Shown here: positions 11,945 through 23,493 of the stretch, in pieces
Layout: each line of letters starts with the position of its first letter
Position numbering within the stretch: the stretch's first letter is position 1
From: Tubiluchus corallicola
Lineage: Eukaryota; Animalia; Priapulida
NCBI GenBank assembly: GCA_030141605.1
Contig: JAQGDQ010000166.1
Location: 309,658 to 373,657, forward strand
DNA length: 64,000 nucleotides
Direction: 5' to 3'
Translations under genes and position numbers: made by a program
The notes under the pieces: generated by a model
What the model was told of the DNA's origin: nothing
Database searches by the model: none
What the model saw: only the letters and a program-made list of their open reading frames with translations

Positions 11945-13675
11945 ACCCAAATTTGCTTGTGTTCAAACTTCAGTGTGTCCAAACTTGCTTACGTCCAAAC
12001 TTACCTGTCTCCAAACTTACCTGTCTCCAAACTTACCTATCTCTAAACTTACCTGTCTCCAAACGTGCTTACGTCCAAACTCGGTTGCATCCAAACTCGG
12101 TTGCGTCCAAATTTACCTGTCTCCAAACTTGCGTCCAAACTTACCTGTCTCCAAACGTGCTTACGTCCAAACTCGGTTGCATCCAAACTTGCTTGCGTCC
12201 AAATTTACCTGTCTCCAAACTTGCGTCCAAACTTACCTGTCTCCAAACTTGCTTGCATCCAAACTTACTTGCCTGCGTCCAAACCTACCTGTCTCCAAAC
12301 TTGCTTGCATCCAAACTTACTTGTTTGCGTTCAAACTTACCTGTCTCCAAACTTACCTGTCTCCAAACTTACTTACGTCCAAACTTATCTGTGTCCAAAC
12401 TTGCTTGCGTCCTAACTTACTTGTCTCCAAACTTGCTTGCGTCCAAACTTACCTGTCTTCAAACTTGCTTGCGTCCAAACTCAGTTGTGTCCAAACTTAC
12501 CTGTCTTCAAACTTGCTTGCGTCCAAACTCAGTTGTGTCCAAACTTACCTGTCTCCAAACTTGCTTGCATCCAAACTTGCTTGCGTTCAAACTTACCTGT
12601 CTCCAAACTTACTTACGTCCAAACTTACCTGTCTCCAAACTTACTTACGTCCAAACTTATCTGTGTCCAAACTTGCTTGCGTCCTAACTTACTTGTCTCC
12701 AAACTTGCTTACGTCCAAACTTACCTGTCTTCAAACTTGCTTGCGTCCAAACTCAGTTGTGTCCAAACTTACCTGTCTTCAAACTTGCTTGCGTCCAAAC
12801 TTGCTTGCGTTCAAACTTACCTGTCTCCAAACTTGCTTGCATCCAAACTTACTTGTTTGCGTTCAAACTTACCTGTCTCCAAACTTACTTACGTCCAAAC
12901 TTATCTGTGTCCAAACTTGCTTGCGTCCTAACTTACTTGTCTCCAAACTTGCTTGCGTCCAAACTTACCTGTCTTCAAACTTGCTTGCGTCCAAACTCAG
13001 TTGTGTCCAAACTTACCTGTCTTCAAACTTGCTTCCGTCCAAACTCAGTTGTGTCCAAACTTACCTGTCTCCAAACTTGCTTGCATCCAAACTTGCTTGC
13101 GTTCAAACTTACCTGTCTCCAAACTTACTTACGTCCAAACTTACCTGTCTCCAAACTTACTTACGTCCAAACTTATCTGTGTCCAAACTTGCTTGCGTCC
13201 TAACTTACTTGTCTCCAAACTTGCTTACGTCCAAACTTACCTGTCTTCAAACTTGCTTGCGTCCAAACTCAGTTGTGTCCAAACTTACCTGTCTCCAAAC
13301 TTGCTTGCATCCAAACTTGCTTGCGTTCAAACTTACCTGTCTCCAAACTTGCTTGCGTGCAAACTTAACCTGTGTCAAACTTGATTATGTGCAAACCCAC
13401 CTGTCTCCAAACTTGCCTGCGTCCATATTTACCTGTGTGGAAACTTGCTTGCATTCAAACTTACCTGTCTCCAAACTTGTCTGCGTCCAAACTTACCTGT
13501 CTTCAACCTTGTTTGCATACACACTTACCTTTATCCAAACTTACTTGCGTCCAAACGTCCCTGTGTCCAAACTTACTTGTCTCCAAACTTGCTTGCATCC
13601 AAACTTACCTCTCTTCAAACTTGCTTGCGTGCAAACGTAACCTGTGTCAAACTTGATATTGTGCAAACCCACCAG
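11945..13675. repeat. 16-bp minisatellite (TCCAAACTTACCTGTC / TCCAAACTTGCTTGCG variants) with a 516-bp higher-order duplication
   Basis: Direct periodicity; near-identical ORF starts at 12437 and 12953 are 516 bp apart. It explains the 570-aa and 258-aa ORFs. Confidence 0.96.
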
Positions 13676-14334
13676 TCTCGCTAAGATAAATATGATTTGC
13701 CCTAGAAATAATGGGAAATCGCCACAGAAGTTGAATTCACTCACCGTAGATGTTGGCAATCGGAAAAAGTTGGCCAAAAAAAACTGCCACGCTACATGCC
13801 ACAGAAAGTTTACAGATAAAAGTTCACCGTGTGTCCTGGGCGCTTTAATAAAGCTTGTGATTCAAGAATGAGTGTATACTGTACAATTATTTAAATATTA
13901 GTTGTAGCAATGAAACTACTGCCCAGTTTTGATCTATGTGTGAACTGTTCTATTTTGTCCTGTTTCGTTCCGTATTGATCTGATCTTATCACATCACATC
14001 ACTTCTTTTCTCATACCTTACCTTTCATTCTAAATCCTTCCCTTCCTGTTTGTTTCCCTTCTCTCCCTTTCTATCCCTCCTTTCACTTTCACTCCCTTTG
14101 TTTACATCCCTTCCTTTACTTCTCTTTTCTTCTTTTCTCTTCTCTGTTTTCTGTTCCTCTCCCCTTGGCCACTGCCCTTCCTTTCTTGTCACTTCTCATG
14201 TCGCTTACCATCATTCCCTTTTATCCTCTCCTCTCACATTTCCCTTTCTTATCGGTATCTCCTCTCATCTCGTCCCCTTTTTTCCTCTCCTCATCTTTGG
14301 TCATCAAGCTTCTCAAGCTCTGTTCTCTCCCCTG

Positions 14335-14740
14335 CCCAAGTGCATACTGCTCAACTGTCCACTACCCAGAAGTGCCACTGTCCAAGTGCACATTGCTCAA
14401 CTGTCCACTGTCCAGAAGTACCACTGTCCAAGTGTACACTACCCGAATGCCTGCTGCCTGAGTGTCCACTGAGTCACTGCCCAAGGATCCAATACGCAAG
14501 CATCCACTGCCCAAGTGTCCATTGGGCAAGTACCCATTGTCCAAATCTCCCCTACCAAGAACCACCTACCGCTGCCCTGGCCAGTGTCAATCGCTTAACT
14601 GTTCGCTACCCAAGTCTCTGTTACCCAAATATCAAACTACCCAATGTCCACTGCCAAGTGCCCAAGTGTCCACTGCCCGAGTGTCCAATGCCCAAATTTC
14701 CATTGCCCAAGTGTCTACTGGCGAAGTGCCTACTGTGCAA
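14335..14740. repeat. Degenerate 15-bp minisatellite (GCCCAAGTGTCCACT)
   Basis: Direct periodicity; preceded by a pyrimidine-rich tract at 14000-14330. Confidence 0.85.
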
Positions 14741-15916
14741 ATGTTCATGGAAGGCTTGGCATCATTTAATGACGTTCACAACACAGCAAAACACTGTAAT
14801 ATTTTACTTTTCTTAATCAAGAGTACAGAGCAAACTGGCTCATAATGGTGTTACATCACTCAATCAAATACAAACAAAAAATTCAGTATAAACAACATAC
14901 TGTATTTTTATCAAAAAATATAATAATTAGATTAATTAGAAAATCTTAATTAGGAAAAAACACTGACCCTGAGAGTAAAGGCATTGAACATTACAACGTC
15001 TGGCTAGTTCTTCATGTAAAACTTTCTAGGGAAATTAAAAGAAAGTGTCATTAATGGTGATCTTCACACTTATGTATTTTATGTATACTCTGGTAGATGA
15101 AATTAAAAGGTTAACGCTCACAAATATCCAAAAATCTCAGAACATTAGTAAAATTTATACCTCTCGTGGCAAAAACCTGCTAGATGCTTTCACTGAGTTA
15201 GTTTGTGATCCGTTTTTGCAAACTTTAGTATAAAATATTAAACATTGTGTAACAGAACTTTCTGTTTCTAGTCACTTTTAGATTACACAGGTCGTTTTGT
15301 GTAAACTGGTGCTATTGGATTTTAGTTGTTCTTTTATATTATTTTGAGGTACGAAATCCGTGATTTGTTGGTATATAAAAGTCTTATGAATGTAACAGCT
15401 ATTTTTATTTACAAAAGTTATTTTTAACCATACCCTGCAAATAGAGGGTCACTGTATGTATATTATGTAAACATTTGTACATGTGTATAATTTTAAATTT
15501 TAAATAAAGAATAATAATAATAATGATGATGAACTGAAAAGTACAGCACCTGTTTTTTGCGCAACGCCTCTCCGAGATACAGGCGCTGATGTCCATCTAA
15601 CTAGCGAATGGCGAAATGCATGTAACAGTAAGGAACTACTGGCGAGAACGTGAAATTACGTTTCTGTGGTAAAAATTCTCTCACGTGAGTCCTTTTTGAA
15701 AAAGTAGCATGTTCCTTTCAATAATTTATAGGGTAGAGGGTAAATTGTTTTGATCTATGGTTTAAAATTGGATCAGGTTTTCCTTTAATTTATTAACGCC
15801 TCTTTTTGGAACTATGACATTATCTACGATGAATAACTCCATCACACATCACCAACAAGCAAATCGTATCATCGACAGGTATCATGCGAAGAGGTGAACT
15901 TTCAATGAAGCCAATT

Positions 15917-16044
15917 TTATTTGTGGGTCACTACATACACAGTACTGAGACATTCGCCTTCAGGCCACGTGATACCTTCAGCTTCAGAAAGGTCGCGATA
16001 CCTGAAGTCTTCTTTTACTAGACATTCCACTTTGTAATCAGTAC
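15917..16044 (-). CDS. TPMT: TPMT-family methyltransferase, coding exon 7 (GTDYKVECLVKEDFRYRDLSEAEGITWPEGECLSTVYVVTHK*)
   Basis: Acceptor ttcttaccag; phase 1 matches exon 6; stop TAA at 15919-15917; resembles the TPMT C-terminus. Confidence 0.88.
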
Positions 16045-16181
16045 CTGGTAAGAAAACATCTAGTTTCATTTCATAGTAACATAATGTCCGTGAAATTAGG
16101 TAAGAGTTAAAATTGTCATATCAAGTCGTTATAAAGCTTATAAAATGCTTGTAAATCTCTTACAATAGGCATTTGTAACTA

Positions 16182-16662
16182 CAGTCAACCTCGGATATAA
16201 GGGACACTTCCGGACCTGAAACACCCGTCCTTATATCCGATGTCCCTTATAGCCGAAGTTGAGTCAGACCGAGAGTATATCAAGACCTGTACTTTTCTGT
16301 AGTTTTACCCATATTTTTATGGATTATTCCTACACACTCAGTGCAAACGGTATGTAGGAAGCTCCTTCACTATGTGACCTCCTGTATGTGACCGCGGAAA
16401 CCGAGCGCTCGAAGGCCGAGTTTGCGAAAAATTGAGGTTAAAAATCGATCAATTTCGCTTTGATCATAGGACCCTTATATGTGAGGTAATTTGCATGGGT
16501 TTCTATTACGCGAGACCTGAAGATATCGTCCCTTATCACCGAAAGTCCCTTATATCCGAATACATTACATACGAAGATTTTTATAAGGAAAAACGTTACG
16601 AAAGATCGGGACCGGTGTTGGTGGTCTCTTATAAGCGAGTACCTTATACCCGAGGTTGACTG
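16182..16662 (+). mobile_element. Tc1/mariner (pogo/Tigger-like) MITE
   Basis: TA|CAGTCAACCTCGGATATAAG...CTTATACCCGAGGTTGACTG|TA; about 20-bp TIR with TA TSD. Partial second copy at 30902-31125. Confidence 0.9.
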
Positions 16663-16929
16663 TAGTACTTATGCATGACCTGTAATAATATCGAAAGATA
16701 TCCTCCTTAGAACCAAAAGCATGGTAGGTGGTGTTATTTCACTTTTAATAAGTCACCAATTAATCAATCATATGTTTTGGATCAAAAGCTATTTTAAAAA
16801 TTCGGCTGCTGGTTCCTAGCATCATTGATCAAATGCATAATTAATTAAAAGTATAATTTTATTAAAACGTTTCAAGATGTTAATTCTTATTACATGCACT
16901 TATAGCTAAAAGGTTAATTAGTTAATATA

Positions 16930-17100
16930 GTTAATTCATTGCCTATTTGGCTTCTGTTAACTACTAAATTAGTTCATTCTGTCTATATAAACTGCTTGTG
17001 TGTTTGTGAATTTACTTCTGATGATGACAACAGTAGTCAGTCGAAACGTCTGGCATTATTTTAAGTTTTTAATGTAAACGTTTTAACAAATACAAGATGT
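16930..17100 (+). mobile_element. Penelope-like pseudo-LTR fragment with hammerhead ribozyme-like core
   Basis: TATATAAA, then CTGATGA-T-GAC..GTC-GAAAC-GTC (17018-17050), then a polyA-signal-like segment; homologous to the copies at 42860 and 49010. Confidence 0.65.
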
Positions 17101-17434
17101 TTCAGGATGTATTTTTTTTCAAAATGACAGCATTTCACCTTCAGTTGTCATTTCAAAACGTTTTGAGGTAAATTAGCATAATTTAACCTGAACAAAATGC
17201 CATGGTTTATTGATAATTTAAACCAACAGTTTGTAAATTTAAACTGCATTAGGCGCAGCCATCATAACGTACGTCATCTGAAACAAGTTTAGATGTTTGA
17301 AAAAATCAAAGCATTCGTGTTACACGTTTCGATAACTACTTCAAAAACAAAAGCTAAAATTACTTCATAACTATACTAAAGTAATTTTTGGTAAAGCAAT
17401 TGGTGGTGGTGAAATTTTAACTGGTAGCACTAAC

Positions 17435-17935
17435 ATTATAAATTTCCTTTCTAGTTACATAACTTTGGTGGTACGAATTTTCCTTTCTAGTTACATAAGT
17501 CTGGTGGCACGAATTTTCCTTTCTAACTACATAAGTCTGATGGCACGAATTTTCCTTTCTAGCTACATAAGTTTGGTGGCACGAATTTTCCTTTCTAGTT
17601 ACATAAGTCTGGTGGCACGAATTTTCCTTTCTAGTTACATAAGTTTGGTGGTACAAATTTTCCTTTCTAGTTACATAAGTCTGGTAGCACACATTTTCCT
17701 TTCTAGTTACATAACTCTGGTGGCACACATTTTCCTTTCTAGCTACATAAGTTTGGTGGCACGAATTTTCCTTTCTTGTTGCACAAGTCTGGTGGCACGA
17801 ATTTTCCTTTCTAGTTACACAAGTCTGGTGGCACGAATTTTCCTTTCTAGTTACACAAGTCTGGTGGCACGAATTTCCCTTTCTAGTTACATAAGTTTGG
17901 TGGCACGAATTTTCCTTTCTAGTTACACAAGTCTT
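17435..17935. repeat. 36-bp minisatellite (GGTGGCACGAATTTTCCTTTCTAGTTACATAAGTCT), about 13-14 copies
   Basis: Direct periodicity; lies inside a TPMT intron. Confidence 0.96.
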
Positions 17936-18055
17936 TCGAACAAGTACGCGTAATGCTAAGCGATATAACTTTGTATGGATGGTTTTTTGCGTGTACTTTA
18001 AATTACCCCTTTCCTCCCCTTTAATCCTCCCCTTTAAACTTCCCTAAATACTGAC

Positions 18056-18189
18056 CAAATAATTCTTTTAGTTGTGCTTCAGTAAGTGCATATGGAGGTC
18101 CAGGGTAAATGATTTCATCGTGTTCCCATGTTTCTATAAAAAACTTTGCTTTCGGATCAACCATAACGCCTTTTATTAGATCCACATAT
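18056..18189 (-). CDS. TPMT: TPMT-family methyltransferase, coding exon 6 (YVDLIKGVMVDPKAKFFIETWEHDEIIYPGPPYALTEAQLKELF)
   Basis: Acceptor tttttcag and donor gtcagt; 134 bp; TPMT GPP(F/Y)...LFG signature. Confidence 0.93.
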
Positions 18190-18379
18190 CTGAAAAATAT
18201 TGAATAAGAGCCGAAGATTATAGTTACGTACCAACACAGACAAAGAAAACAATTCTTTCTGTAAGAAGAGCCTATTTTGCTATGAAGTCAACTTGAATTT
18301 ATTATTACAAATAAACAAAACATAAATAAGTTGTTACACACAAATAATAGACTCGCAATGCCAGCCGTATTTATGTCAA

Positions 18380-19180
18380 CCCTTAGCCGACCAAGGTGGG
18401 GTAAAAAATAGCCTCAGCAATGTTTGCTCACATTTTTTATATTGACCCATACAACAAAATATTTTCAACTAGTAGTAATTAAACGTTTTTCAATATGTTA
18501 TGCAACCATACCTTGCTTTCGTTGAAAACTATTATTTATGTTTTTACGAAACACGACTGCCAGACGCTACCTGTCGTGGGGGTAACTTATTACCCCGCTT
18601 GGTCTTTTATGTAGGCAAAATTTTGGAAGTTACATTGCAATATTTTTCTTTCTGGCAGCGCCATATGCTTATCTTGACAACTAAGAAGTGCTGTAAACCT
18701 CCAATTGCAGCTTACAGTTTTGCGAAGTGATCCAGCTATCTGTTGAGGAAATTCCACATTAAATTTTGTGGACATTCTTCATTTAGTAATATGGCGGGAA
18801 CTTTAGCTGTACAGGTGCCTAAGCTTGAAGTTGATGAAGATGAAATTTTAGAAGATCCAGCAAGCGAAGACGAAGTGGATGTCTCAGAATTAAACAGTGA
18901 ACACCGTAGGCTATTATGTCATGAAACTTGATAAACCACGCAAAAACAGTATATCTTAGGCACTATAGTACAGTGGAGGAATGCCTCTTTGTGTCCTTCA
19001 TACCCTCATACATCTACGACAACGTGACACAGAATTTGGTTTTGCACTAGCAGGTGCATCTCCATTGCTACTTGGTCATTCTATATAGTTTGTAACACAT
19101 ATTAAGCAAATTTTTCCGGGGTAATTTGTTACCCCGTATGGTGTTTAATGTAATACAAAAACCTTTTGGTCGGCTGAGGG
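18380..19180 (+). mobile_element. Internally deleted piggyBac element
   Basis: TCAA|CCCTTAGCCGACCAA...TTGGTCGGCTGAGGG|TTAA; subterminal GGGGTAA/TTACCCC motifs; acidic remnant EVDEDEILEDPASEDEVD resembling a transposase N-terminus. Confidence 0.85.
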
Positions 19181-19669
19181 TTAAGTCTGTTCGCTGATGC
19201 GTGTAGTTGTGGTCGTGGCGAAGGCCCTGTTGCATTTTCCCGCGCTTTGTTAGATAGCAGCAGCTATACCAGTCGAATCGCTGGCGGGCAGAGTCCTCCA
19301 TTAAAAGCAATGGTTTTGTTATCTGCCGGAATTCGTTTTCCAGTTTAATCTCTTCTGTTAGTTATCGAAGTGTTCATGGATAGCTTGACATTGTAAGTTC
19401 GTATTTTATGGCTAGTAGCAAATATGTTTTCTAATAATTACGTAAAATTCAATTTCTTTCGTCCTCACTTTGCCTTCGATTGGGCGACCATTTATGATTA
19501 AAGTTCAAACAAGTCTACTGTTTCTTATACAAAAATTTACTGTTATGCCTATATACAGAAATAAAGTACATCGTATAATTCATTATCCCAATTCGTGGTT
19601 CAAGTTTTGGTTTCTGTAAACAAATGGTCCCGCTACATTTATATGTATTCATATTCGTTTAGAACATAC

Positions 19670-19744
19670 CCTTGCCGATATGATTTTGGCAATACATGAA
19701 GTCCATACACGTCTAGTATAAAATCAAACGCTCCTTCCGTATCC
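19670..19744 (-). CDS. TPMT: TPMT-family methyltransferase, coding exon 5 (DTEGAFDFILDVYGLHVLPKSYRQ)
   Basis: Acceptor tgtttctag and donor gtatgt; 75 bp as in human TPMT; FDxxxD motif II. Confidence 0.92.
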
Positions 19745-20119
19745 CTAGAAACAAGCGTGATTTTACCATAAGTTCATAATAAACAAGACAAGCAATAATA
19801 ATGAAGGGTCTGCATTTGAAAAGCCCACGATCACCAGACCAATTACAGGTTATCAATTGGTCCAAAAGCCAAATGTCAATACTACTGGTCTGCATTTAAA
19901 GTTGCAATGTACGACCAAAATGTTATTTACTTTCGGTCTGTCAAATGGGTCAAAGTCAGGAGCGCTTTTCTTTGGTTAATCTGACTGAATACCACACGCC
20001 AAATAGGTTTAATGGGCATGACTGGCTAAAATGACGAAACTTGGATGGCAGAGGTCAAAACAACCAAAGGTGGTAGAGAAGAACTACCAAAGAACAGTCA
20101 TGGTATTTAATGTTTACTG

Positions 20120-20638
20120 TAGACTGTGGAATTGCAGCACCCCCTATTTTCACTCAATGTTATCGATAATATTCAGTATAATAAGTCTTTTTACTCCATT
20201 TCTTTCTTTATACTTGTGCGGAACCAGAGCACGTCAGGGTAGTACTGTTTGCTTCACAGCCCAGGACAGTCGTGTGTTTGGCTGTTGTGCGCATGCGGCC
20301 ATGTACACATGTCTGTGATAACATGCTGCACATTACACTGCTAGCGTCTGCTGCTAGGTAGAGAAAGTACGGTCGCTCACACAGCTTGCTGTCAGTTGTC
20401 ACGTGTCTAGAAACCGTGTACCGGCATATTCTTGAACTGCGGCAATTTAGGCTATTCGTGAGCAAAATATTTTTTGTTTAGGATTTTATCAAGTTTATGT
20501 ATAAATTTTCGTGTGTTTGTTTGTTAAAAATGACGACATTAAAATTACACGCGTTTGTTTCGTTTTGCACAGTATTAAAACAATGGCTAAATTTTATGAT
20601 GCAGCACCACCACTAATTTTAGCTAGGAGTCGCCACTG
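20120..20638 (-). mobile_element. hAT-like non-autonomous element family G
   Basis: Reverse-complement homolog of 29599-30105; terminus CAGTGGCGACTC. Confidence 0.7.
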
Positions 20639-21020
20639 GTTATGACAGTATCATATATCATCGTTTATGTCAGGCAGGTCCTTTAACAACTTGTCTAACA
20701 GCAATTTCAAAACTGAACACATCAAACGAAGTACAGTAAATGGCATTAATACTATAATTTCATTTTATGGCTTCTTGTAGACTAATGCTTGGTGAATGGT
20801 AGAAGTGACATTGAGAGGCTCAATTAAATACTTTAGCTCATACCAGAATGCGTGAGAACTATTCCCAAACACCCAGAAACTTCTAGAAATCTGACTCTGC
20901 CCCATTTGAGCTATAAAGTATGCCTTCTATATAACTTGTTCATAAGCCGTGCAAGGTCGTCAGCAAGGACTTCAAATGTATTCATAATATATCTTGTCGA
21001 ATCACATAAAAATGACATAC

Positions 21021-21073
21021 TTCGTGAAATTTGCTATGTCGCATGCGTAAAGTTTCAGTTTTCCATCTAAACC
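21021..21073 (-). CDS. TPMT: TPMT-family methyltransferase, coding exon 4 (GLDGKLKLYACDIANFT)
   Basis: Acceptor ttttgttttatag and donor gtatgt; 53 bp as in human TPMT; LYxCD motif. Confidence 0.92.
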
Positions 21074-21160
21074 CTATAAAACAAAAGGTTGACATTGTAA
21101 TATTTTACACACGGTTATTGTGTTCAGTGTTGATACTACTTGAAAACTAGTCATTACGTA

Positions 21161-21500
21161 ATAAGCCTTTTCACAGTTCCAGCGATTGATAATGATCGTG
21201 AAAAGATCAAAGGTTAAGTGTACCAAACAACACATTTGTGTACACTTGACAACCCACGCAACCTTGCAGCCCACGCTATTGTAATAGTAATGGTTCTAAC
21301 AGCTAGCTAGAACCTTACATAGTTCATCGTTTCTTGTTCCCAAGCAAGATCCTGCTAGTATTACGCACACACTAATGCATAGTCAGCGTAAAATAACTAA
21401 AGTTAATGAACTGACGTAGCAGACTGCTTTGATTTCTTTCGCATCACGTGACGGTTGTAGTTAGGGCGCGTTGCTGCGGTACACTTAACCTTTTACCTGC
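21161..21500 (-). mobile_element. Repeat family E (Helentron/HINE-like)
   Basis: Asymmetric inverted repeats AAAGGTTAAGTGTACC / GGTACACTTAACCTTT plus a terminal hairpin; six copies in the window. Confidence 0.65.
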
Positions 21501-21816
21501 AGCAATTGCGCGTGCGCACAACGAAACCGCGAAAATGCTTACTACGAACGAAAGTAGTGAATTTTCGTGTATAATAATAATAAGGTTCCATTATCAACGT
21601 TTTTACTATTAAAACTACTAAAATAGTTTTTGCATTGGGAAAATGTGTCCTACGGTGACTGTACGGCATATATTACCATTCAAACTAACTGTGTAATACG
21701 CTGGAAACAAAATAAAATTAAGGCAAAGACTGGTTCTGTGTTTCATAGACAACTCGGTACATATATAGTAAATTGTTAATAATTTTTTATTAGAAAAATC
21801 CAATGTTTCTATTGCC

Positions 21817-22192
21817 CAGTGCCGAATTAAGGCATAGGCTTTATAGGCTGCAGCCCAAGGGCCCCGACAACTGAGAGGCCTCCAGAGATTAAGTGAAATT
21901 AATTTACTGTGAAAAGTTAATTAGTTCTGGTAAGAGTATATTTTATGACATACATTAAAATACCCGTAATTCGCACATATTCAAAAACTTATGTTAATTT
22001 TGTAAATATCAGAATATCTCTTCTCTTTTTGTTGCGTTAGTTATGTAGGCCTAATGTTGGCATTATGTTATAGAAGTTGAATAAACTGATTTGAATAATC
22101 CAACATTCATGCTTTTGTTAATTGTAACTTTGGGGCCTGGGGTTTCACAGTATCTGTAGCCCAGGGGCCTACGAAATCAAAATCTGTCCCTG
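21817..22192 (+). mobile_element. hAT-like MITE nested in a foldback element
   Basis: Termini CAGTGCCGAATT...AATCTGTCCCTG with GC-rich GCCCAGGGGCC subterminal motifs; flanks ATTGCC/ACTGCC. Confidence 0.6.
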
Positions 22193-22856
22193 ACTGCCAG
22201 TCGTCGTCAGCGTTTGCTGATAGCGTGCTTTAGAAACGTTGGACTTTTCTAACAAAAATATATTATAAATCTATTATCTAGTGAGTTGTTTATGAAACGG
22301 ATATTGTAACTATGACCGAGCCGATTTACCAATGATGATCTATGACTTAGTTTTCCCTATGCATAGAATTGATGTAGTATTTTGTGAAGTCGTACTGAGA
22401 GTCCGAAATTTCGTCAAATTTTTCGATTGGTTGATGCTTATTACGCCATCACCCACGTTTTACCGCCCTTTGTTACTTGAGAAAGGGATGTCGTTGAGAG
22501 CGGATGATCAGTGACGAATTCACCATTTTCAGTGTCGTTCTAGTGTTGCTTAATGGTTTTATTGGTTAATTATGAGTAGATATTACAGAAATTCTAAGAC
22601 GCATACTTATACCACGGACTAATGGTTACGTAATAATAAAAGGTTTATTATACAATTAGTCTTTGAATTATCGTCTTTCACTCACTGATCGAATTAAATT
22701 CCGACTGGTTTGCAAATATCTCAAGCCAACAAAAGCTAAGGAACTTGTTAAAATGCTCCACATCGGCATTCATCGCCACTTGTAGATATTATTCTTGTTA
22801 AAAAGAATTTAAAAACTTTATCATGGATCTTATATATGGTGCTTTGACCAGCATAC

Positions 22857-22986
22857 CTCGTACAACCTTCCTTTAACATCAGGTCGCTCCTGCTCAGAGA
22901 ATTCTATTTCGTGTTTGTGAAGGAAATGTTTTATCCACTTATCTTCAATTTCTACACCAACGATGGTGAAACTTTGGTCCAGCAAC
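22857..22986 (-). CDS. TPMT: TPMT-family methyltransferase, coding exon 3 (LLDQSFTIVGVEIEDKWIKHFLHKHEIEFSEQERPDVKGRLYE)
   Basis: Acceptor ttaacag and donor GAG|gtatgc; 130 bp; VGVEI SAM-ribose-binding motif. Confidence 0.94.
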
Positions 22987-23337
22987 CTGTTAATTACATT
23001 TCAAATTGCCATTTCAGTCACTCTAGGTATACTCGTATCTGTACTTGTTGTTATATTTGGGTTTTTTAATTTAATTTTTCTTTAAATTTATTTCATACTT
23101 TTAAAAGTACACGGCATTATAAAAAAATTAAAAACCACTCAACTATACTATAAAATTAATAAAGAAATACGATAGAAACTAATGAAATATTTACATATAT
23201 ACTATATACTATACATATTAGTATTATATATACTATATATCTATATATATAATGTGTAGTATATAGTGTATACGTGAAATGTTTCAAATATATATATATA
23301 AATACATGTGATTTCATTGAAACTTTGCATAGCTTAC

Positions 23338-23430
23338 CATTTCATTGTGAGCATATTGCCACAACAAGGTGCAAGAACTCGCTTTCCTGGTAAATCACCC
23401 ATCACGCTGTCTTTCAGCTTCAAAAGATAA
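23338..23430 (-). CDS. TPMT: TPMT-family methyltransferase, coding exon 2 (YLLKLKDSVMGDLPGKRVLAPCCGNMLTMKW)
   Basis: Acceptor ttttttag and donor gtaagc; 93 bp as in human TPMT; motif I RVxxPxCG..MKW. Confidence 0.94.
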
Positions 23431-23493
23431 CTAAAAAATATTCAACTTTATTTTGAATCCAATTTTTCTGTATTTAAACGAGAAAACACTTAT

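Noticed and set aside
11928-13640. 570-aa Cys/Leu-rich ORF and overlapping ORFs
   Set aside because: It is the translation of a stop-poor 16-bp tandem repeat that is open in several frames, with no domain signature.
14340-14845. Cys/Pro-rich ORFs resembling metallothionein or keratin-associated proteins
   Set aside because: They derive from a degenerate 15-bp tandem repeat open in multiple frames, with no splice or start context.
18743-18931. Acidic ORF as a host gene
   Set aside because: It lies inside piggyBac TIRs and is best read as a transposase remnant.
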